A DNA stretch of 25,303 nucleotides from a virus (taxonomy: Duplodnaviria; Caudoviricetes), in IMG/VR virus record IMGVR_UViG_3300032233_001546, positions 1-25,303 of that record. One strand, written 5' to 3'. The notes below the pieces were generated by a model. It was not told the origin of the DNA. It searched no databases and saw only the letters and a list, made by a program, of their open reading frames with translations. This document shows, piece by piece, positions 15,634 to 24,180 of this stretch (positions are counted from its first letter, which is position 1; each line of letters opens with the position of its first letter). The position numbers and the translations under genes were made by a program.

Positions 15634-17595
15634 TTACACTAGCCTTGAAACGTTGAGAGTAAACACATCCACCGACGTGTTTGTGGTTGGTGATAGAGCG
15701 GCGCCAAGAATTCTGTACAGTGTGAAAGTATTGTCAATGTCGACCTGTTCATCGTCGTTCTTTGCCGTTATTAAAGTCTTACCGAATACTTTATTTCCCA
15801 CGGGATGCACTAATTCTTTAAGGATATTGATGTATTTATGGATCGACGTTACGAATTTGATTTCGTACGAGTATTCTTGGTAGAAGTGACTGTCCTGAAT
15901 GTATTTATTGCTGTCGAGGAAGCTCTGTGTTCCTTGCCAGAAACCCTCGCTGAATCCAACCGCGCCGAGGTTGATCGTACCCTGAGTTATCTGATTTGTG
16001 TTCGCCTGTGTTGAGTTGAACAGTTGTATCGACTCACCCAGCGTGTGATAACCGTATCCAGAATTCTTAACTACAACGTTCTGAACGAGACCGGTTCCCA
16101 AGACCACGTTGCCGGTCAACACTGCGTTGTTGCCCGTGACTCCACCCGAGCCATCCGGGATTCCGTAGCCGACCAGCTTTGGCTCGGTGACTTGAATGTT
16201 TACGTAGCCATCGTATCCAGAACCTAAGTTTATTCCGGTGAGTTGCGAGATCGTTCCAACCGATATAGTCTGACTCGTAAGCGCTGAATCAAGGACTGTA
16301 CTCAGCGATGCATTGTTGAGAGTCGATCCGTAAGTAACCGCGTTGATCGCAAGATTGGTGATAGGCACCAGCGATAGGTAGTGACCAGTCTCACTTGCGC
16401 CCGCGGTCAAGTTCAACGGACTTGTGTTGTATGTAATTGTGTTTCCAGCTGCGAGCTGTAGAGCCGTTGAATTAGCACCGCGAACGAAGTAGTAGCTTCC
16501 GTTCGATAGACCCGAAAGAGCCGTGTTTCCAGCAGCAGTGGTATACTGAACGTAGTCACCGTTAGCATAGGTGTTGTTGGCGAATGAGATGTACTCGGTG
16601 GCGTTGGCGACTGCGGTGTTCGCGTTGAACGACTGGTTCGCGGTCCTATTGATTAAGTTGTTTATGTAGCTTAAAGAATAGGAGAAGCTTGAGACATTGC
16701 TTAGTATGACGCCAGTGAACGTTGCGCCTGATCCGGTTGTGTTTGAGCCGGTGGTGATGGTGATCGTCGGTGACGTGGTGTATCCGGATCCACCGTTGAT
16801 GATCTTGAAGTCGATAGTGGCGTTTGAAGATCCGGCTATCCTTACTTTTGACGCGAGTGTTTTGAGTCCAACGCCGCTTCCATTTGCGGCCGATGGAAGA
16901 AGTGTGTCGCCTGTTGCGTTGTTAGGAGTCGTGCCGGTGACATTGATAGAGACCGGTGATCCCTGAATCTTTGGCGCCAAGTTAAAGTCGAGACTGGCGT
17001 AAGCTATCCTTTCACCGACAAGGAACGAACCTTGTATGTCGCTCAAGAAGAATAAGTGAATCACTCGACCGTTGATGAAGTTCTTTACGTAGGCTTCAAC
17101 GTACGCGGTGGCTCCCGACTGTGAACCGGTTATAGCTTTGTTTTCAAAGAATTGGTTGTAGTCGCTGTATGATCCCTCGATGTACTTACGCTCGATCCAC
17201 TTACCGTCAGATGGCTTGAGAATGTCGTACGACGGGATGTAGATGTCGACGTCTTCATTGTAGAGCAGCCTGAAGAAAAGCTTTAGACCATCAACTGATC
17301 CCTTAGATCTATAAAGGTCGAGGATGTGTTTCTGTAAGAAACGCGTATCACCAGGAATGTTCTTTGGAATTACGTACTGGTACTTCTTTCTAAACTCATC
17401 GAGAAACTGTGTCGACGTCGTGTCGATGTCTCTTAGAGAGAATAAGTTTCTACCGAGGTCGTTGGTCTTTCCACTCTCTTCCAGCCACTCATAGTAAGCT
17501 TTAACGAAAGCGATGAACTTTGGCCCCTCTTCTTTATAGAAGCTTGGGAACTGATTCTCGACTAGATTCGATATATTCTCTACGGTAGGAAGCAT
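15634..17595 (-). CDS. gp7: Baseplate wedge initiator, T4 gp7-like
   Basis: LVENQFPSFY.EE.PKFIAFVKAYYEWLE; DLYRSKGS...KLFFRLLY; LKPSDGKW; IQDSHFYQEYSYEIK; LVHPVG.KVFG. It lies between gp6 and gp8. Confidence 0.8.
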   Translation of the reverse strand: MLPTVENISNLVENQFPSFYKEEGPKFIAFVKAYYEWLEESGKTNDLGRNLFSLRDIDTTSTQFLDEFRKKYQYVIPKNIPGDTRFLQKHILDLYRSKGSVDGLKLFFRLLYNEDVDIYIPSYDILKPSDGKWIERKYIEGSYSDYNQFFENKAITGSQSGATAYVEAYVKNFINGRVIHLFFLSDIQGSFLVGERIAYASLDFNLAPKIQGSPVSINVTGTTPNNATGDTLLPSAANGSGVGLKTLASKVRIAGSSNATIDFKIINGGSGYTTSPTITITTGSNTTGSGATFTGVILSNVSSFSYSLSYINNLINRTANQSFNANTAVANATEYISFANNTYANGDYVQYTTAAGNTALSGLSNGSYYFVRGANSTALQLAAGNTITYNTSPLNLTAGASETGHYLSLVPITNLAINAVTYGSTLNNASLSTVLDSALTSQTISVGTISQLTGINLGSGYDGYVNIQVTEPKLVGYGIPDGSGGVTGNNAVLTGNVVLGTGLVQNVVVKNSGYGYHTLGESIQLFNSTQANTNQITQGTINLGAVGFSEGFWQGTQSFLDSNKYIQDSHFYQEYSYEIKFVTSIHKYINILKELVHPVGNKVFGKTLITAKNDDEQVDIDNTFTLYRILGAALSPTTNTSVDVFTLNVSRLV

Positions 17596-19403
17596 CAGTT
17601 GTTACCAACCACTGGAACTAGAGACACAGATACGTCGGCTGACTCGATCAAAAGGAATTTATTCTGAACCGCGTACACGTCTTTATTCTTAAGCTTACCA
17701 TACAGAGAGATGTAGTTTCCAGTATACGACTTAATGTTTGTGGTTAAGTCTACTTCACCCGTCGTGTAGTTGACGGTTCCTATAGCTTCCGAAAGAATAG
17801 TGCGAACGAGTCCGCTGGAAGTATTTTGATTGGTATAGATGCTGAGAACTCCTAAACCATTGTCGCCGATGTAGCAATCGTAGTCATCACCGTCCGTGTG
17901 GGTGTATGTAAAGTTGCTGCTGTACAAAGCTTGTTCATGGCCGTTAGGAAGCTCATAGAGAATCGATTCTGAATAGAGCGGGTTATCATAGTTGAAAGTC
18001 AGCGTTGTTGTGGCTCCCGCCGTTGGGCTCCAGCGCTTTATAATCTTAAGCTCAGTGTCGTTCGAGATTATGGAACCTTCACTGTCGTCGATGACACCGA
18101 CGAGCTTTGAGTACCTTAAGTCGTCGCCAAAGTCTACAAGGTTTGTGTTGGCAAAGTTTATGATCGCGCTTCTAACGAGTGAAGAAACCTGCGCGCTGCT
18201 GATATTTGTGGCTGAGGTGTTGTAGTTGACAGTGGTGTCAACTTTAACGTAGTAGTACTCGGGGTCAACGATAATAGCTTGAGTGGTGATGTTCTTTGTG
18301 TTAAGGTAGTTGATGATGCTCGTTTTCAAGCTCTGTGAAATAGATCCAGAAGTTCCGTATGGCTTAACCGATATTGCAACTTTACCATATTGCGGGGGAG
18401 TCATTTCTTCACCGCCGTAAGCGATGACCGACTGAATCTGTGGGAACCGAGCCTTCGTTAAGTTGGCGTAGTCGAGAGAAGTAACGGCTCTTTCCTGTGT
18501 CGTAAAGAATCTAGTAGAGTTGAACTTAATCGAGTTGTTTGACTCCCTCTCAGACCCTTCGGTCGCGGTAGTCACAGTCGTGATCGTGATGTTTGAGTAA
18601 CCGTCGATAGCAGTTCCTTTTGAGAACCTATAGGCGCCGTTTCCAAGTTCACCCGAAGTGTCCCTGTATCGCACCTTGACGATGTTGCCGGCGGCCAACG
18701 ACTTTCCTGTGACGTCGTTTCCAAAAGCGAGCTCGTATTGATTACCGGCATATCCCTGTAAGAAGTAAACGTTCGATGTCGATGTTAATCCATAAAGATT
18801 CTCAGCTTTCAACCATGTTGAGTTTGCGCTGTCGTACTGTGAGTTGATGACCGTGACGTCGATCGAGTTGGTGTCGATGTTCTCAGACTGAAGCACATAC
18901 TTCGCGGTGTTTGAAGCTGTAAAGTACTCGGTTACAACCGATCCCTCGTAGATCTCTACGTTTGAAGCTACGTATCCATTGACACCCGGATATACGATGT
19001 GGTCGGAGTCGGTAGAGAACGTGAAAGTAGTGTTGTCGATCGAAGTCGACGTTTTATAAAACTTAGGAATCGTAATGAATGTAGGCGAACCAGTTGGCAC
19101 GATCGTTATGTTGACGATGGCTTTCGCCGAAGTCTTCGACCTAGGGATGTAGTTCAACTCTTTTGAGTGTGAAACGATCGACTCGCGAAGCTGAGCGGTG
19201 TCGAGAAACATCTCGCTTCCTACCATGTTGAGGTAGAAGTTGTTGAGATACGTATTGTAAGTCAACAGGTCAAGCAGGACGCTCATGTTTGAGCCGTCAA
19301 AGTCGTAGTCTGAGAATCGCGTCTGACCAGACAGGTAGGTCTTCAAACTATTCTTAAGGCTGGCAAAGTCCAGCTCAGTGGTGGTGAGGAAGTTGTTTGC
19401 CAT
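17595..19403 (-). CDS. gp6: Baseplate wedge subunit, T4 gp6-like
   Basis: LDFASLKNSLKTYL.GQ..FSDYDFDGSNMSVLLDLL.YNT; FLDTAQLRESIVSH.KELNY.PRS; QERAVTSLDY; PPQYGKV.ISVKP. Confidence 0.92.
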   Translation of the reverse strand: MANNFLTTTELDFASLKNSLKTYLSGQTRFSDYDFDGSNMSVLLDLLTYNTYLNNFYLNMVGSEMFLDTAQLRESIVSHSKELNYIPRSKTSAKAIVNITIVPTGSPTFITIPKFYKTSTSIDNTTFTFSTDSDHIVYPGVNGYVASNVEIYEGSVVTEYFTASNTAKYVLQSENIDTNSIDVTVINSQYDSANSTWLKAENLYGLTSTSNVYFLQGYAGNQYELAFGNDVTGKSLAAGNIVKVRYRDTSGELGNGAYRFSKGTAIDGYSNITITTVTTATEGSERESNNSIKFNSTRFFTTQERAVTSLDYANLTKARFPQIQSVIAYGGEEMTPPQYGKVAISVKPYGTSGSISQSLKTSIINYLNTKNITTQAIIVDPEYYYVKVDTTVNYNTSATNISSAQVSSLVRSAIINFANTNLVDFGDDLRYSKLVGVIDDSEGSIISNDTELKIIKRWSPTAGATTTLTFNYDNPLYSESILYELPNGHEQALYSSNFTYTHTDGDDYDCYIGDNGLGVLSIYTNQNTSSGLVRTILSEAIGTVNYTTGEVDLTTNIKSYTGNYISLYGKLKNKDVYAVQNKFLLIESADVSVSLVPVVGNN

Positions 19404-19807
19404 TATCTTACTCTGTTAAGAATTAAGTTTAAAGTTTCCAGCTGTGGATTATTGACTATCGAGAAGATCACTTTTAAGTAGTAACCGTTCTCGTCAGGTA
19501 TCGCGTTTACATATACTTCAAGGTAGTCGACCCTAGGTTCAAAGTTTCTTATCGCCGTCTCAACAAACATGCGAACGTCCATCTCGGTGCTCGCGGTCAT
19601 GTTCTCAAACAGCGTTCTCTTTATGTTTGATCCAAACAACGGGTTGAAGAACCTTTCAAACCTATCTGTGAACAGTATGTTTCGTATCGACGTCTTAATG
19701 GCGTCGGCGTCGGTGAGAACGAAGATGTCTTTTCTAACCGGATGTGCTTCCAAGTTAGTGTAGATGTCTTTGTATCTCGGCTCTGTTCTTGTAGTTTGTA
19801 TGGTCAT
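19403..19807 (-). CDS. gp25: Baseplate wedge subunit, T4 gp25-like
   Basis: YKDI...HPV..DI....D.DAIK.SIRNILFT...ERFFNP.FGSNI...LFE...I.NFEPRV. Confidence 0.92.
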   Translation of the reverse strand: MTIQTTRTEPRYKDIYTNLEAHPVRKDIFVLTDADAIKTSIRNILFTDRFERFFNPLFGSNIKRTLFENMTASTEMDVRMFVETAIRNFEPRVDYLEVYVNAIPDENGYYLKVIFSIVNNPQLETLNLILNRVR

Positions 19808-19812
19808 AAGTG

Positions 19813-19820
19813 TATTTATA
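19813..19820 (-). promoter_or_regulatory. T4-type late promoter TATAAATA
   Basis: Exact TATAAATA-cactt-ATG directly upstream of gp25, overlapping the stop codon of the 670-aa gene. Confidence 0.7.
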
Positions 19821-21828
19821 GACTAGTGACGGCCGTGGCCAAGAATAGCGGGTTGTATTTCTGTACGTCGTTGCCGACCGAACAAGCGTGTCTCCATCCC
19901 GACGAGAACACCGACGTCGAGAACGGACACTTCGTGTCGTTGACCATCACCGAGGAAGACGCGATCATGAATGGAATCGCGTTGTCGCTCCTGCGCGCGT
20001 CTACGATTGAGCTCGGTGAGCCACCCATGATGCTCGCGACCGATGCGGCCATAGCGGCGATCTGCGTTCCAAGAGCACCAGTCGTAGGCGCTACTGCAAC
20101 GCCTAGTGTTGCGAGTGAGAGCATATTCGTTATGCTCATGCCTCCGCCGTAGGATCCAAAGTTCTGCATCTGAAACGACATAAGGCCTGAACCCGCCGGA
20201 TTAGTTGGAAACGTCGCGATCCTCCTGCAGAACATTTGATCGACTGACATCCTTGGTGTCATGCCCTCGCCAAAGAAAGCTCTTCCTGCGTATGAAGGCG
20301 GCTGCATCATAGGATTCCTGCAGATGACCGAAGTAGGAAGTTGCTGACCAAGCACCATCTTTGCGAGTAGTCCCGAGGTGGCGAATCCCCCGACTTTCTG
20401 AAGCAGCGCAGCTGGTCCCGATATATTTCCCGGCCCGGTGATTGCACCGAGAGCCGAACTGATTGACCCAACGCTGCTCGCCAATCCCGCAGTCATCGTA
20501 TTAACTTTAGCGAGTTGATTATTGACGTCGCCGCATTTTCCAGCCGTCGCCGCGATCGTTGTAACTGATGATAACTGGTTAGTGAAATTAGAAGTGCTTC
20601 GTATCTCTTTTGCAAGTGACATCATAGAAGCTGCTATCGGTGCGGCTGAAGCGATTCCTTGATTCGCGATGACCGTGCTTGCGTTTAAAGTCTGTGTCGC
20701 GGTTGAAGCCAGCTGTGAAGAGACTGTCGACAATTGAGCTATTTGACCTGCAGTCCCGCCGAACCCTCCCGGTGTACCAAATAGATTCGTGATAGCAGTC
20801 GTGGTCGCAAGTTGCGAACCTATGTCGCTGACTAGATCTGAGATTATGTTGATTCCTGGAAACTGTGTTATAGAGCCAGCAGCGGTTAACGCTAAAGCGG
20901 CCGCGGCGGCTTCTGTACCGCTTAAGCCTAAAGACTCAGCGGCGGCCGTTACACCTATCACGTTTGATAAAGCACCGAGGGGTGAGCTTCCAAAAGATGA
21001 CACTCCTAAAAGTGCACCGAACATCGATGACTGTGAATCACCTGCGTATGAAGCGTTGTAGTAGCTCGAGCTAAACTGTTTAGTGAGAGCGGTGACGCCG
21101 TTCGCCAAGTACCCTATTTTATATAGTTCTTTAACGTTTAAGATTTTTCCCGGATTTCTTATGATAGTCCTATCATCGAACTCAGCGATGCCCACTACGC
21201 CTGATATGTAGCGCATGTCTTCGTATTCGCTTATCGTGCAAAGAACGTACAAGAATTCTTCGAGCGCGTCGTAAGGAACTATTCCCGGCGCAGCGAGTTC
21301 ACCCGCCCTCTTCGCAAGCAAACTTTTTTCAGAGTTAGTTAAGTAGTAGTTGTTGACCGAATCGCGCGGTTGACTGTTAGGCTGTAGAGCTTTAAGCGCC
21401 AACCCAGCGGCAGTAAGTCCCGCCGCTGTGCCAACTGCCGACTTAAAAGCTTCTCCAGCTTTCTTTAAGTCTTGATCTCCAGAAGCCCCGTCTTCGTGAA
21501 GGTCGCCCTTCTGCTTCAGCGCAGCGGTGTCTTTAGTAATGACAGTCGAAGAAGAAGAGTTGGTTGGAGGTTCACGGGCGGCTGGGTTTCCTTCAACTAT
21601 CTTAGTATTATTCGCTGCTTTCTGAGCGTCGCTGAGTGGAGGCGGCTCAAGGTTTCCATCGCTCAAGAACTCTTGGATAGTCGTTGTACTAACAGGAGTA
21701 TTTGTGTTTAAGTTTTGAACGAGCGTTGAAGGCGACACGGTCGTTGGCTCGACCGTCGGTATCGCAACAGCAGAGTTTAAGATCTGTTGGTCGCTGTTGT
21801 TTTTAAATGTGTTTGGATCTATCGACAT
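19816..21828 (-). CDS. Hypothetical Ala/Gly/Ser/Thr-rich protein, probably virion/baseplate associated
   Basis: 670-aa ORF coupled by a TAATG overlap to the gp5-C gene, with long uncharged small-residue segments; no recognised family. Confidence 0.75.
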   Translation of the reverse strand: MSIDPNTFKNNSDQQILNSAVAIPTVEPTTVSPSTLVQNLNTNTPVSTTTIQEFLSDGNLEPPPLSDAQKAANNTKIVEGNPAAREPPTNSSSSTVITKDTAALKQKGDLHEDGASGDQDLKKAGEAFKSAVGTAAGLTAAGLALKALQPNSQPRDSVNNYYLTNSEKSLLAKRAGELAAPGIVPYDALEEFLYVLCTISEYEDMRYISGVVGIAEFDDRTIIRNPGKILNVKELYKIGYLANGVTALTKQFSSSYYNASYAGDSQSSMFGALLGVSSFGSSPLGALSNVIGVTAAAESLGLSGTEAAAAALALTAAGSITQFPGINIISDLVSDIGSQLATTTAITNLFGTPGGFGGTAGQIAQLSTVSSQLASTATQTLNASTVIANQGIASAAPIAASMMSLAKEIRSTSNFTNQLSSVTTIAATAGKCGDVNNQLAKVNTMTAGLASSVGSISSALGAITGPGNISGPAALLQKVGGFATSGLLAKMVLGQQLPTSVICRNPMMQPPSYAGRAFFGEGMTPRMSVDQMFCRRIATFPTNPAGSGLMSFQMQNFGSYGGGMSITNMLSLATLGVAVAPTTGALGTQIAAMAASVASIMGGSPSSIVDARRSDNAIPFMIASSSVMVNDTKCPFSTSVFSSGWRHACSVGNDVQKYNPLFLATAVTSL

Positions 21829-23801
21829 TAGGCGAATCCCATCTTTCTAAGACCCTGCTGCGCGTATGACAGTTGCAGTCCACCGACCGCCGACTGACAC
21901 TTAGGATCCGCGCAGGTGCGTACAGTCCTCGCTCCGCTGGATCCCGCCGGCGCAGCTTCAACGTGAATGTGAATGGTTCCCTGTGCGTTCGCTTCAAGGA
22001 AGCACCTGTCGTATGGTAGGTTCTCAACGATCCACTTCGCGATCTCAGCCGTCTGCGCGTGATTCCTGCTTGAGGCTCGCATGTCGATGGCTTTACCTAT
22101 GTAGTGACGTGATCCGCCCTGCCCGAGCCTGATGCCGTGAAGCAGAGTCACCGAGCCGCCAAACTTCTCAAGCACGGGATCGATGATGTTGTAAGCCAAG
22201 TGCTGAACGTTCTCAAGGATCTCCTTGCGACTGTATCCCATCTGCGTGAGTGGAAGGCTGCCGAGCCCAGGAAAGCCGCCGACACTTAAGTTCCTTGATA
22301 GCTTGTCGCTTCCGTTATAGATTGAAACCGGAAGAGGTATCGAGCTCTTCGCCGCTTTTGAATTGTTGTTTGATCCATCGTATCCAGCGTTTCCGCTGTC
22401 ACCAATCGTGCCGGCGTCGTCGCCCTTGCTGAATGGTGACCCACCGGCGGCGTTCATGCTCGCGGCACCCTTCGCGTATGCGTCCGGACTGTCGCCCTCG
22501 TTCTCATAGATCGACATCTCATTCTGTGACATCTTCTTAGCGTTCTTGAAGAATCCCGGCGCAACGCGCTCAGTCGTCATGTTGTCGATGATCGTCTCGG
22601 ACGGTGGCCACTCAGCTGCGGGAGGAGTCTCAGGATCAGGAACTGCTTTCTTCGCGGTGATCTCAACTGCGCGAACAGATTGAGGTGAAGCCGCGGCTTT
22701 GTTGAAGTCGATTGTAGATCCCCTCATGTCGATCGCGCCGCCGGCGTCAAAGTTAAACGCTCCAGTGGTGCTCTGCTTCATCGAGCCGGAAACAAAATTC
22801 ATTTCATTCAAAGAACTCAATTTAGTAGCGTCTGACCTTATGTCAGCTAAATTGGTTGCGTCTACGTAGAAACTATCGGAAGCGGTGACAATCGTGTTTG
22901 CTCCTCTCAAAGCTAAGCTCCGTGCGGCTTCGATCGACACATCGTGTAAGCCGCTAACGTACAGTGCACCTTTTGAAGCTAGTGTCGTGTCGTCGTTCGA
23001 TATGAGTGAGAGCTTACCCGAGCTTACTTCAAAGAACGAATCCTCGATGCTGTTGACGAGCATGCTCTTCGAAGCATACTGCTTGATGTTTTGATCCGCT
23101 CTCGACTCTATCGACTTACCCGCATCGTAGCGAATCTCACCCGCAACTTGTGTTCGCTTGTCCCCAGCTACTGTCTCACGCGACACACCGCCTACGGTCT
23201 CAGAGTAGTCTTTGACCACTTCAGTAGTCTTAGCGCCATCGATCGACTCTGAGTAGGATCCACCGACGTCGACGATCATGTCACCACCAACGTTCATAAA
23301 CATATTCTGACCAACGTTCATCGTGAGACTTCCCTCGGTCTCAATCGTGATGTCGGAGTGTCCCTTGAGCACCAACCTTCCCTGCGCCGACACGACGCCG
23401 TCGCCTTTGTTGGAGTGCATACCGAATCCCTTTTTGCTCGTAGGCATGAGGAATATGGATCCATCGGCGTCGATCATTATGGCAGCGCCGGAGTGGTGAA
23501 CGAGCTCGATAGTTTCAGATCCCGGCGTCGCATGAATCGCGATTTTGTTTCCAGTCGAAGTGACCCAGCCCATGCTGTCTTCAGGGTTGCCGACACCCGT
23601 TGCGATGCCGGCACCCGGACCTGTGAACACTTTAGTCGTGTCGGAAGCTTTACCGCCGGTCTTTACAGAAACTTCGAATCCCGGATATGGGTTAGCCGCG
23701 AGCGTGTGCCAGCCTGTGCCAACCGAGAGTCCGTCTCCCTCGCGATTGGTTTCATTCTTTGTTATATTCTTTTGATCGTTGAAAACGTCTTCTCTGGACA
23801 T
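21828..23801 (-). CDS. gp5 C-terminal half (beta-helix spike) fused to a C-terminal peptidase M15-like domain
   Basis: TSTGNKIAIHATPGSETIELVHHSG resembles the T4 gp5 segment preceding the beta-helix. There are 8-residue V-G-G-type repeats (MNVGQNMF MNVGGDMI VDVGGSYS ESIDGAKT) ending in GSTIDFN. The C-terminus has NIIDPV...SRHYIGKAID...HIHVE (H-x6-D...H zinc motif). Confidence 0.8.
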   Translation of the reverse strand: MSREDVFNDQKNITKNETNREGDGLSVGTGWHTLAANPYPGFEVSVKTGGKASDTTKVFTGPGAGIATGVGNPEDSMGWVTSTGNKIAIHATPGSETIELVHHSGAAIMIDADGSIFLMPTSKKGFGMHSNKGDGVVSAQGRLVLKGHSDITIETEGSLTMNVGQNMFMNVGGDMIVDVGGSYSESIDGAKTTEVVKDYSETVGGVSRETVAGDKRTQVAGEIRYDAGKSIESRADQNIKQYASKSMLVNSIEDSFFEVSSGKLSLISNDDTTLASKGALYVSGLHDVSIEAARSLALRGANTIVTASDSFYVDATNLADIRSDATKLSSLNEMNFVSGSMKQSTTGAFNFDAGGAIDMRGSTIDFNKAAASPQSVRAVEITAKKAVPDPETPPAAEWPPSETIIDNMTTERVAPGFFKNAKKMSQNEMSIYENEGDSPDAYAKGAASMNAAGGSPFSKGDDAGTIGDSGNAGYDGSNNNSKAAKSSIPLPVSIYNGSDKLSRNLSVGGFPGLGSLPLTQMGYSRKEILENVQHLAYNIIDPVLEKFGGSVTLLHGIRLGQGGSRHYIGKAIDMRASSRNHAQTAEIAKWIVENLPYDRCFLEANAQGTIHIHVEAAPAGSSGARTVRTCADPKCQSAVGGLQLSYAQQGLRKMGFA

Positions 23802-23802
23802 G

Positions 23803-24180
23803 TCATCCCACGTAGTTTATGTATGTTGACTTAGCGATCTGCTCCAACACCTGATCACTGCTCGTTATCTGTGCGGCGTCTGTCCTCACAGAGAGCTCCC
23901 TCATAATCGCGTACAAAGTGACTTTCTGTCTCTCAGTCATGTAGAATATAGGAGTCATAGGATCTTTTGCGTGTGTATAAGTATCTATACCACCGACAAA
24001 AACGACGTGTGCCTGTCCCGGTGTCGGCGTCCTGTTTTGATAAACAGAGCCTCTTTGATCTATAACAAAGTCCCCGCCGACCGACGATACATCGACGTCT
24101 TCATCCCTATAGGTGCGGGTGGTTGTTATGTACAAGTAGTCGTATTGAGCGACTGCCTTTGGTCCAACTATCGCCATCAC
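23803..24180 (-). CDS. Degenerate T7-lysozyme/Amidase_2-fold protein lacking the zinc ligands
   Basis: VGGDFVIDQRGSVYQNR, VVFVGGID and MTERQKVTLYAIMREL align by eye with T7 lysozyme VGYHFIIKRDGTVEAGR, VCLVGGID and FTPAQMQSLRSLLVTL. Confidence 0.6.
   Translation of the reverse strand: MMAIVGPKAVAQYDYLYITTTRTYRDEDVDVSSVGGDFVIDQRGSVYQNRTPTPGQAHVVFVGGIDTYTHAKDPMTPIFYMTERQKVTLYAIMRELSVRTDAAQITSSDQVLEQIAKSTYINYVG

Noticed and set aside
432-15909. Near-match late promoter boxes (CATAAATA at 4959-4966 and 15833-15840, AATAAATA at 15902-15909 on minus; TGTAAATA 432-439 and TATAAACT 609-616 on plus)
   Set aside because: They are imperfect matches inside Asn/Ile/Lys/Tyr-rich coding sequence and cannot be told apart from chance without TSS data.
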